In this document: in pieces, positions 1-7,866 of the stretch
Numbering within the stretch: the first letter of the stretch is position 1
Layout of the letters: each line of letters starts with the position of its first letter
Program-made: the position numbers and the translations under genes
The notes under the pieces: model-generated
What the model saw: only the letters and a program-made list of their open reading frames with translations
What the model was told of the DNA's origin: nothing
Databases searched by the model: none
Assembly: GCF_003231495.1 (NCBI RefSeq)
Contig: NZ_PQWO01000017.1
Coordinates: forward strand, 60,001-92,000
Direction: 5' to 3'
From: Acaryochloris thomasi RCC1774
GTDB lineage: Bacteria; Cyanobacteriota; Cyanobacteriia; Thermosynechococcales; Thermosynechococcaceae
DNA: 32,000 nucleotides

Positions 1-816
1 ATTAGCGACAACACCTGCGCCACTAATATTAACGTGGGTTCCACGCCCGTCCTGATTTGGAAACAACACCGTTGTTTTAGCAGTAACGTCCAGATCTTCT
101 GCCTTCTCTGAACTGGCAAGTCGAGCCACATAGTAGTGATTGGCAATAGCGGCATCGCATTGTCCCGCAGCCACCGATTTGATTTGTGAGATGTCGCCCC
201 CTTCAGGATCACGGGCAAAGTTGCTCACCAGCCCCTTCACCCAAGCTTCCGTCTTTTCAGTACCCTGCGATTCAACCATAGAACCCAGAAGTGACTGGTT
301 ATAGACATTACTAGAGCTACGAACACAGACGCGTCCCTTCCACTCTGGCTGGGCAAGATCTTCGTAGGTCGAGAGCTGATCAGGTTGGACGCGGTCTTTG
401 TTATAGACAATGACTCTGGCTCGGCGCGTCAACCCAAACCACAGCCCCTCCGGGTGGCGCAAACTTGCAGGAATTTTTTCTTCTAGCGCAGCAGACGAGA
501 TAGGCTGCAGCAGCTGAGCTTCTTCTGCTCGCCATAGACGGCCAGCATCAACCATCACCAGCACATCGGCCTTTGTATTGCTGCCTTCATTTTTGATCCG
601 CTCCAGCAGCTCGTCGTTTTTGCCCTCTATCAAATTCACCTTGATGCCGGTTTGTTCTGTAAAGGTGTCATAGAGAAGCTGATCGGTATCGTAGTGACGG
701 GCCGAATAGACATTGACCTCAGCCTGCGGCGATGAATCTTGGCTGGCACACCCCCATAGAGCTAATGCAGCGAGTCCAGCAAGATAGCAACGTCCCATAT
801 GCCTGTAATTACGCAT
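1..816 (-). CDS. futA: Fe(III) ABC-transporter periplasmic substrate-binding protein (FbpA/FutA/IdiA family); N-terminal 272 codons, gene continues past the left edge
   Basis: Absent from the ORF track because it is open to position 1. My reverse-strand translation from ATG 816 reads MRNYRHMGRCYLAGLAALALWGCASQDSSPQAEVNVYSARHYDTDQLLYDTFTEQTGIKVNLIEGKNDELLE, and at the window edge PNQDGRGTHVNISGAGVVAN. It has a signal peptide ending in Cys, then the VYSARHY-TD and THVN-SGAGV blocks typical of FbpA-type ferric-binding proteins. Confidence 0.8.
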   Translation of the reverse strand, partial: MRNYRHMGRCYLAGLAALALWGCASQDSSPQAEVNVYSARHYDTDQLLYDTFTEQTGIKVNLIEGKNDELLERIKNEGSNTKADVLVMVDAGRLWRAEEAQLLQPISSAALEEKIPASLRHPEGLWFGLTRRARVIVYNKDRVQPDQLSTYEDLAQPEWKGRVCVRSSSNVYNQSLLGSMVESQGTEKTEAWVKGLVSNFARDPEGGDISQIKSVAAGQCDAAIANHYYVARLASSEKAEDLDVTAKTTVLFPNQDGRGTHVNISGAGVVAN

Positions 817-831
817 GACAAGTATCGGTCT

Positions 832-854
832 CTTTAATGAAAATCTTTCTTAAT
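832..854 (-). promoter_or_regulatory. AT-rich Fur-box-like stretch upstream of the iron-binding-protein gene (weak candidate)
   Basis: The minus-strand reading ATTAAGAAAGATTTTCATTAAAG lies 16-38 nt upstream of ATG 816. It resembles the GATAATGATAATCATTATC Fur consensus only loosely. The iron-uptake context is the main argument. Confidence 0.2.
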
Positions 855-1142
855 AGGAATCCTAAGGTATCGAAGTTTTGCCCCATCTGTCAATCCGAGC
901 AAGGTTTCACTTGCTGTTCATGCCGTCAATCGGCGATATGGACGGGCTTCCTAAAAAGAGATTAGACCTTCAGCGAAGTCAGGCTCATCATCTTCGAGCA
1001 CTTGGGTGAAGTTCGCCACGTGCTGATTCGACGAGTCGATTCAGCATCATCTACACAAGAGAAAGAAGCAATCCGTTGGCTGTCGCTGTCTTTCAAGCAA
1101 AGCCTTGGCGGTTTCCGTGGCGAGCGATCTAGCCGGATCGTC

Positions 1143-2474
1143 TTAGGGAGCGTCTTCGTGATCGATCTGCTCTAGAGCTGCAGATACAGCAGAAACGGTG
1201 GTCCGTAACTGGTCCTCGGTGTGTAGACAGCTAATGAAAAAGCGGAGGCGATCTTCATTCTTGGGAACGCTAGGGTAAATCATCGGCTGAACGTTGATCC
1301 CCATCTGAAACAGTATCTGAGAGAGCCGAAAAGCTTTTAAGGTATCGCCGACAATAACCGGCACAATCGCAGAGTGCTGGCTCGTGCCCGTATTCAGTCC
1401 CTTAGATCGGGCTAGCTCGAGAAAAAACTGCGATCGCTCATGGAGCTGGGCAACCCGTTCTGGTTCAGCGCTGAGCTGCTCTAAGGCCGCCAATGCCGCC
1501 GCTGTGTTTGCCGGAGACATGCCGATGCTGTAGACAAAGCCGGGAGCAGTGCATTTGAGATAGTCTACAAGGGTTTTGCTGCCTGCAATATAGCCACCAC
1601 AGCTAGCGAAGGATTTGCTTAGCGTCCCCATCCACACATCAACGTCGGTCGGATCAATGCCAAAGTATTCGCTGATGCCGCGCCCATGTTGCCCTAATAC
1701 GCCAATGGAATGCGCTTCATCAACCATCAAAAAAGTCTTATAGCGCTGTTTTAGCTTGATAAAGTCTGGCAGCGGGGGGATATCGCCATCGGCACTGTAA
1801 ATTCCTTCAATGACAATTAAGACGCGTCGATATTGCTGGCGCTGCTTTTGCAAAAGAGTTTCTAGGGCTGCGCTATTGCTGTGGGGAAATGCGATCGCAC
1901 GTGCCCCAGATAGCTGACAGCCTTGAATGACGCTGTTATGACTGAGCGCATCATAGAGAATCAGATCGTTCGGACCAAAAAGATGACTAATCGTGGTGAC
2001 ATTCGTCGCATGACCCGCCACAAACGTGACGCAATCTTCTACCCCAATCAGCTTCGCAATACTGTGTTCTAGCTCTAGGTGCAAAGGCTTCTCACCAGAG
2101 GCAACTCGACTAGCCGAGACCGAAGTACCGTAGCAATCAATAGCCTCCTTGGCCGCCGCCGACACAATGGGATGACCCGAGAGCCCTAGATAGTTGTAGG
2201 TCGCAAAATTGATAAGTTCACGACCGGCAATGGTGGTCGTATTGAGTGCAGTCCCCGTATGCGTTGAGAAATAAGGATTTTGAATGCCAAGCAGTTGAAT
2301 CTGTTCCTGCTGCTGGTGCAGCTGCTGCACTTCAGGAAATAAGTCAAAGTGACAAGCCTCGGCCGGAATCTGCAGCGAACCCGCAGCCTTCTCTGTTAGA
2401 AGCTGCGCCAATAGCTCTCGCTTTTCAGCCGCAGATAAGTCGGCAACATGGTTAGCAGACTCACCCATGCTCAT
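1143..2474 (-). CDS. PLP-dependent alpha-oxoamine synthase (AONS/BioF/SPT/CqsA-family acyltransferase) with N-terminal extension
   Basis: 443-aa ORF with the family blocks NFATYNYLGLSGHP, GTSVSASRVASGE, VAGHATNV, MVDEAHSIG and the PLP-lysine block GTLSKSFASCGGY. It carries a ~60-aa N-terminal extension (LSAAEKRELLAQLL...) that plain BioF lacks. Its ATG overlaps the stop of the upstream ACP ORF by 14 nt, or by 8 nt (ATGGGTGA) if the second ATG at 2468 is used. Confidence 0.85.
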   Translation of the reverse strand: MSMGESANHVADLSAAEKRELLAQLLTEKAAGSLQIPAEACHFDLFPEVQQLHQQQEQIQLLGIQNPYFSTHTGTALNTTTIAGRELINFATYNYLGLSGHPIVSAAAKEAIDCYGTSVSASRVASGEKPLHLELEHSIAKLIGVEDCVTFVAGHATNVTTISHLFGPNDLILYDALSHNSVIQGCQLSGARAIAFPHSNSAALETLLQKQRQQYRRVLIVIEGIYSADGDIPPLPDFIKLKQRYKTFLMVDEAHSIGVLGQHGRGISEYFGIDPTDVDVWMGTLSKSFASCGGYIAGSKTLVDYLKCTAPGFVYSIGMSPANTAAALAALEQLSAEPERVAQLHERSQFFLELARSKGLNTGTSQHSAIVPVIVGDTLKAFRLSQILFQMGINVQPMIYPSVPKNEDRLRFFISCLHTEDQLRTTVSAVSAALEQIDHEDAP

Positions 2475-2886
2475 TTTCTGCTAAGAGATTACCCAACAGT
2501 CCTTCCACCTCTTCGTCACTCATCTGGTCAACCTGCGTCAGCATTCGCTCAGCTTCTTGCTGCTGCGGACTCCTTGACGGAGCTGAGAGCGAACTCTGCT
2601 GCATCAACTGTTCTGACAATAATTGAATATTGGGATAATTCAATACCAGTGTCGGGTCTATACGACACCCTAGAAAGCTTTCCAGTTCCCCAGAAAGGTT
2701 AATCATGGTTATGGAGTTTAATCCATACTCAGTAAAGTCTCTATCTGGCTTGACAGACTGCACTTCAATTTCTAGTTCCTCCGCCAAGTGGGAGCTCAAC
2801 CAAGCCTGAATGTCCTCAATTGAAGGCTGATTTGCATCACTATCGATCACATTCTGGGGAGGGGTAGACTGTTTTTGCAGGGACAT
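2461..2886 (-). CDS. PKS-type acyl carrier protein (phosphopantetheine-binding) with acidic C-terminal tail
   Basis: The track ORF 2461..2910 begins at a GTG. The ATG at 2886 (MSLQKQ...) is preceded by GAGAAAGAG. The PP-binding core is DFTEYGLNSITMINLSGELE, with the attachment Ser in a GLNS variant of GxDS. The tail MSDEEVEGLLGNLLAENEHG resembles inter-module linker/docking tails. Confidence 0.7.
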   Translation of the reverse strand: MSLQKQSTPPQNVIDSDANQPSIEDIQAWLSSHLAEELEIEVQSVKPDRDFTEYGLNSITMINLSGELESFLGCRIDPTLVLNYPNIQLLSEQLMQQSSLSAPSRSPQQQEAERMLTQVDQMSDEEVEGLLGNLLAENEHG

Positions 2887-3961
2887 TACTCTTTCTCGCA
2901 CCTTAAACACAGGTTAACTGAATCAAGCTAAGCTGGGAACCGTAGAAGAGCAGCTTAGTTACCCTACATCCAGTTCTCTGGCCGTTCTCTTGGTTTTGCG
3001 CCATAGCCTGGTTACGCATCAGATCAGCAGCCGTGCGTCGCATCCATCGATTCACAGGCAAAGAACGGGCAAAGCTAGGGAAGCAACAGTACTCACGGAA
3101 CAAGCGTTGCTGCCACAGAGTTAAGACATACAGATCTTGATGCTCACAGACAAAACTCTGCTCAATCAAGTACAAAGCATCCAAGTAAAGACTGCTACAA
3201 GAGCTTGTACAAGAACGACACGAAAAACTGATCATCATCTAAATAGAGGCTGAAGATACCTGCGTTCAAACCCTGCAGTGCATTGTACTGCACTACATAG
3301 ATCGATAGGTTAGCGATCCATTTTTCATAGGCAGCCGGCGATGCCAATTCACTGCAGAACGCGCGACCCTAGGGCTGGGAGGTTGTGGAAAGCGAGGCAT
3401 GAAAGTAAGCTCAGCCAAGGTTGTTCAAAGCTGGTTTTTGATCCGTGGGAACTTTCGTATAGAGAGGGATCCTGCATAGGACAGATCGCTCAGAGTCGCT
3501 TCCATTATGCTGGCAAGGGGTCGTCAAACTCTTCATCCAGCCCCTCAATCTTCTCACTATCGCTGGCACCGTTATGGTTATGGAACCCCACAGATCCGGT
3601 TGGTAGCTCATGATAGTAATTGGCTACCCGGAATAGGGTTGCTCTAAAAAAATCATGATTCATACGAGTTGAGGCCAGAAAGAGGTTGTTCTATTAGCCA
3701 AGTCGGTACGTCTGACAAGACTTTCACGCAAGCTAAATCTATCTGCTCTCATCCTCTTGGGTGAGTCTGATCAGGGAAAGCGCTCTTCAGGATGGAGGCG
3801 GGAACAATATTTATATATGTAAGAGAGTTTATTTGTATACAGAAACACCGTCGAGTGATAGTATTCGCTAAATTCTATGGTCGCTTGATATTTCTGAATT
3901 TTGACAGTTCACCTTTAAAATCAGCGTTTATCTATATTTACTCACCCCGAGTTCTCCATCC

Positions 3962-4876
3962 ATGCACAAACTTTCTCAGGTGTCTGCGCACCCCGCTCGA
4001 TTGCGCGCGGTGCTGGCTGTCCTAGCGGCCCTCACGATTGGTTCTCTCTTCACTTCAGAAGCAACAGCACTCCCGACAACAATCCCAGCAAGCCAAGAGA
4101 TTCAGACCCTAGATCCATCTCAGCCTCGTGCATGGAGCAATAGTTCTTGTGCCACATCTCTGCCCCAGACGGTGCATTCAATTCTTAATCGCTCCTACGT
4201 GGCACAGCGTGGATGGGGAGTTTTGGTGACGTCGTTGGATCAGGGAACGGTCCTGTACAGCCACAATGCCGATCGCCACTTTATTCCGGCATCTAATACA
4301 AAAATTTTGACGACGGCTGCGGCCCTGCAGTCACTAGGCCCTTCATTCCCGATGGGTTCTAAGCCACTGAGCGAGTGGGTTAATACCATCAACACCTACA
4401 GCAACAATCGTTCTGCTGACTTCCTATTGCGTAAGATTGGGGGACAGCAAACTGTCCGCAACCGCTTGTTGGGAGATCTCGGCGTTGATCCAAGCCAGTA
4501 CCGACAGAAGGATGGGTCGGGATTATCAAGATACAACCTCGCTTCACCCGCGACATTGGTCACTACTCTGCGGGGCATGAGCCGAACGCCCAACTGGTCA
4601 ACGTTCTATCATTCGCTGCCCAGCGCTGGAGAGAGCGGTACGCTGAGAAATCGCCTGAAGCCATTGAGAGGTCAGGTACGGGCAAAGACGGGAACGCTAC
4701 GCGGTGTGAGGGCGCTGTCTGGGTATCTCCAGCATCCTGACTATGGACCGCTAGCGTTCAGCATTTTGGCGAATCAGTCTTCTCGGTCTGGTTCGGTTTT
4801 AGTGCGGACGATTGATGAGATTGTTGTTAATATGGCTCGCTCTCGGCCCTGTGGCTATGGATCTACGTCGCTCTAA
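3962..4876 (+). CDS. Secreted serine D-Ala-D-Ala carboxypeptidase/endopeptidase, PBP4 (peptidase S13) family, unusually short
   Basis: Signal peptide (RLRAVLAVLAALTIGSLFTSEA). The motifs are SxxK in IPASNTKILTTAAAL, the second motif in DGSGLSRYN, and KTG in RAKTGTLRGV. The product is only 304 aa. Confidence 0.75.
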   Translation: MHKLSQVSAHPARLRAVLAVLAALTIGSLFTSEATALPTTIPASQEIQTLDPSQPRAWSNSSCATSLPQTVHSILNRSYVAQRGWGVLVTSLDQGTVLYSHNADRHFIPASNTKILTTAAALQSLGPSFPMGSKPLSEWVNTINTYSNNRSADFLLRKIGGQQTVRNRLLGDLGVDPSQYRQKDGSGLSRYNLASPATLVTTLRGMSRTPNWSTFYHSLPSAGESGTLRNRLKPLRGQVRAKTGTLRGVRALSGYLQHPDYGPLAFSILANQSSRSGSVLVRTIDEIVVNMARSRPCGYGSTSL

Positions 4877-4947
4877 TGGTTGGGAGGGTAGGTCGCTTTG
4901 ATACACTGAACTGGCGATGATGAGTGAGATCAGGGCATCCTGAGAAT

Positions 4948-5634
4948 ATGGCATATCTATTCAATCATTCGAGAGTAATCATAAGGGTTGCAGCCAGCTT
5001 CTGTGGCGTCATGGTGGTGGGCTGCTCTTGGTTTGGGGACAGCTCTCAGCCTCCAGTGAGTACAACCGATCCTGGAGCGACACCTACCAGCCCAGCGGCG
5101 AGTGAATTACCCGGTGGTGAGGAGCCAACGCCTTCAACGGCGAAGGTGGAGCAGCCGTCAACGGGGGCAGAAACGCCATCAATAGAACCGGCGACGAACA
5201 AGCCCAGTCCACTGCCGAAGGAAGAACAGCAGGTTGTGAGTCAGGCGGTCAAGGAAGCTGAAAAGCAGGGCAATATTGCGCGGCAAGACACGGGCAAGAC
5301 CTATCTCGACAATATTTTGCTGCTTCAGCAAACGGAACGATTTGTGGGGGGCACGTTTGTCCCAAACCTAGGGCAGCTCTCTGACGAAGTACCCAAGGAA
5401 ACGACGGAGTATCAGTTCAAGGTGCTCAGGGCTGACACGAAGGAAGCGGTGGTGGTTGCGATCGCAAAGATCCCTGGCATCACGAGCTATGTGGGGGCCG
5501 CCTACAGCATTGAAGGCAGTACGCCGATCAGTGGTATCTGCCGGAGCAATCTACCGGCACAACAGGCACCGAAGCCTCCGAAGCTGGCGGGTAAATCAAT
5601 TCAGTGTGCATCGGGTTCCACTGCGGTTGAGTAA
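4948..5634 (+). CDS. Predicted lipoprotein: Pro/Thr/Glu-rich linker plus C-terminal type IV pilin-like (G/H-family-like) domain
   Basis: The track ORF starts at GTG 4924. ATG 4948 gives MAYLFNHSRVIIRVAASFCGVMVVGCS, with a lipobox VVGC. A low-complexity PPVSTTDPGATPTSPAASELPGGEEPTPST linker follows. The C-terminal part, RQDTGKTYLDNILLLQQTERFVGGTFVPNLGQL...ETTEYQFKV...AIAKIPGITSYVGAAY, follows the pattern I associate with cyanobacterial pilin-like G/H family proteins. This call is from recall only. Confidence 0.45.
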   Translation: MAYLFNHSRVIIRVAASFCGVMVVGCSWFGDSSQPPVSTTDPGATPTSPAASELPGGEEPTPSTAKVEQPSTGAETPSIEPATNKPSPLPKEEQQVVSQAVKEAEKQGNIARQDTGKTYLDNILLLQQTERFVGGTFVPNLGQLSDEVPKETTEYQFKVLRADTKEAVVVAIAKIPGITSYVGAAYSIEGSTPISGICRSNLPAQQAPKPPKLAGKSIQCASGSTAVE

Positions 5635-5635
5635 A

Positions 5636-6691
5636 TTAAGCTTCTTCAGGGTACAGAAGAATTTTATAGGTTTCGGCGGTGGGGGCAGTGGCTTGTTCAA
5701 CAGCCGTAGCCAACTTGCTGAGGGGATAGCGATCGCTCACCAGAGCATCAACATCAATATTCTTTTGAAACACGATGTCGGCAGCCAGCTGCTGTAGTCG
5801 GAATGAGGAGCTGTAGCTGCCCATCAAATCAATCTCACGTCGATAGAGCAAATTGGGATTGATGGGGATTTCAATCTGATCGGGGAATTCAGCAAAGAAT
5901 AGAATTTTGCCCCCTTTACGGGTACAGTCGAGGGCCTGAAAGAAAGCTTTATCACTCGGAACGGCGAGAATGGTGACATCGACGCCTAAGCCTCGCGTGA
6001 GGTCTTGGATTTTCTGCGGAAGATCTGAGTCTCGGGCGTCAAAGGCAGCTGTTGCGCCCACTTCTTTGGCTTTTTCGATGCGACTGGGGAGAAGATCTGT
6101 TGCGATCGCACGTGCCCCAAAGTGATTCACCAGCATGATAAACATTAGGCCAATGGGACCGGCCCCTGTAATCAGAACCGTTTGACCGGGCTGAATATTA
6201 GCTTTCTTAACCGCCTTCAGACAGCAATTGGTCGGCTCTACAAAGCTGGCCTGCTCAAAAGTAATCTCGCTGGGGATTTCCATTAACCCGCCTTGGCGGA
6301 CAATGTGACCCGGTACTTTCACATATTCAGCAAACCCGCCGCCGCTAGGAGTGAACCCAGCGGTAGTCGTGATGTTTTTGTAAACGTCACACATCGAGAA
6401 ATTGTCATTGAGGCAATAGTCACAGTGCATGCAGGGAATATGGTGCAGCACAATTACCCGCTGCCCCACTTTCCAGCGTTCAACATCTGCACCAACGGCA
6501 GAGATAACGCCTGCGGTTTCATGACCAAAGATACGAGGTGGTTCGTAGAGGGGATAGAGAATTTTCTTGATATCTGACTGGCAAAGCCCGACAACTTTAA
6601 CCTGCACTAAAACCTCATCTGCGGCTAGCTCGGGTTGTGGAACCTCTTCATAGCTGAGCTGGTTGACCCCTCGAAATACCTGCGCTTTCAT
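5636..6691 (-). CDS. Zinc-dependent medium-chain alcohol/polyol dehydrogenase (MDR family)
   Basis: Catalytic-zinc motif GHETAGVISAVG, structural-zinc Cys cluster CMHCDYCLNDNFSMC, and NAD-binding ITGAGPIGL. The track start is 6718. I prefer ATG 6691 (MKAQVFRG), which is preceded by GGGAGAAAAGCT. The stop is 1 nt from the stop of the convergent gene ending at 5634. Confidence 0.85.
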   Translation of the reverse strand: MKAQVFRGVNQLSYEEVPQPELAADEVLVQVKVVGLCQSDIKKILYPLYEPPRIFGHETAGVISAVGADVERWKVGQRVIVLHHIPCMHCDYCLNDNFSMCDVYKNITTTAGFTPSGGGFAEYVKVPGHIVRQGGLMEIPSEITFEQASFVEPTNCCLKAVKKANIQPGQTVLITGAGPIGLMFIMLVNHFGARAIATDLLPSRIEKAKEVGATAAFDARDSDLPQKIQDLTRGLGVDVTILAVPSDKAFFQALDCTRKGGKILFFAEFPDQIEIPINPNLLYRREIDLMGSYSSSFRLQQLAADIVFQKNIDVDALVSDRYPLSKLATAVEQATAPTAETYKILLYPEEA

Positions 6692-6926
6692 AGCTTTTCT
6701 CCCTGTGTCCACTAGCATTCAATCAGTTCTGCTCTAGCCTTGGCAAGGGAACATACTGCTCGTTCTAGCCATGGTAAAGGTTTGTAGTAATATGAAGTCT
6801 GAAATAGTCAGGCGAATTTTCCTCCAGTTGAGTTGCTTCGTCCATAGGCAGGAAATGTAGTTGCCAAAAATAAAAAGCAGCTTGTTCGGTACAAGATCAC
6901 AAACCCATCGAAGAGGAACCCAATAC

Positions 6927-7790
6927 ATGAGATTTAAAACTATCTGGCCGCGACTACTTCTGATGACCTGCGTGGTCCTGAGCGGGGGTGTCACATCTGA
7001 AGCGGCGAATGCTGCAAGTATTGGCTATATCACCGGGACTAGCGAAGCAGGGGGCGGCGCAGGCAATCCGTGGGACAACGCTCAAAATGACCAAGCCCTA
7101 AACGTCGCTTTTGGTGAGGGGAACTGGGACAAGCTTTCTTTTGGGAATGCAGTTCAAGACGGAATATTTACCCCTAGCACTTATCAGGTTCTGTATGTAG
7201 ACGGCGGGGATTCTCTTGGAGGCGAATTTAGAGGCTTTTTAGATGAAAACAGGGGTTCTTTAGAATCCTGGGTCGCTGACGGAGGCTCACTATTCTTGAA
7301 TGCAGCTAGAAACACCTCCCCCGCCCCTATTGATCTAGGGTTCGGAGCGACGTTAATAAACGATGCTTTTTCTGATACTGCTGCTGCTGTTGATCCCAAT
7401 CACCCGATCTTCAACGGGCCTGTAGGATTGACAGGTTCCTCTTTCAGTGGTTTCTCTTTCTCCCATGACTATGTGACAGGTACTGATATTGCGCCGCTAA
7501 TCAACGATAGCTTGGGGCAAGCGGTCTTAGCTGAACAACGCTTCGATTCAGGTTTAGTTCTGTTCGGTGGTCTAACGACTACGAATTTTCAAAATCCTAA
7601 GCCCGAAGTGATTGCTTTACGAGCCAATATTCTCGACTATGCGGCTATCGAAGCGGGCCTCAATCCGACCCCCGGACCTCTCCCAGAGGTACCTGAAGAT
7701 CCTCGGATGAGTCTATTACCAATTCTGCTGATTTCTGGTGCTCTTTTAGGGCGTTCTTATGCAAGGAGCAAGAATAGGGCCGTAGCCTAG
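6927..7790 (+). CDS. Secreted protein with PEP-CTERM-like C-terminal sorting signal
   Basis: The track ORF starts at TTG 6861. ATG 6927 gives the signal peptide MRFKTIWPRLLLMTCVVLSGGVTSEAANA. The C-terminus EVPEDPRMSLLPILLISGALLGRSYARSKNRAVA has a PEP-like motif, a hydrophobic helix and a basic tail. I do not recognise the body of the protein. Confidence 0.6.
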   Translation: MRFKTIWPRLLLMTCVVLSGGVTSEAANAASIGYITGTSEAGGGAGNPWDNAQNDQALNVAFGEGNWDKLSFGNAVQDGIFTPSTYQVLYVDGGDSLGGEFRGFLDENRGSLESWVADGGSLFLNAARNTSPAPIDLGFGATLINDAFSDTAAAVDPNHPIFNGPVGLTGSSFSGFSFSHDYVTGTDIAPLINDSLGQAVLAEQRFDSGLVLFGGLTTTNFQNPKPEVIALRANILDYAAIEAGLNPTPGPLPEVPEDPRMSLLPILLISGALLGRSYARSKNRAVA

Positions 7791-7866
7791 CTTGTCGCAG
7801 CCATCTTTCGATGAGTGAACGCTACAGTAGTGATTTACTTGCATACGAGTTGGACGATCTGTAACT

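Noticed and set aside
1022-1045. Imperfect inverted repeat GCTGATTCGAC-GA-GTCGATTCAGC downstream of the AONS gene as a terminator
   Set aside because: It has a central T-T mismatch and a 2-nt nominal loop. No U-tract follows on the minus strand.
2246-2702. Two plus-strand ORFs (69 and 84 aa) antisense to the AONS/ACP junction
   Set aside because: They overlap well-supported minus-strand genes. Their sequences are Ala/Pro/Ser-rich with no motifs.
3341-3613. Overlapping 90-aa (plus) and 66-aa (minus) ORFs upstream of the ACP gene
   Set aside because: They are mutually exclusive, and neither has motifs or a good start context. I treat the region as frame-broken or non-coding (see the finding for 2887-3961) rather than calling either ORF.
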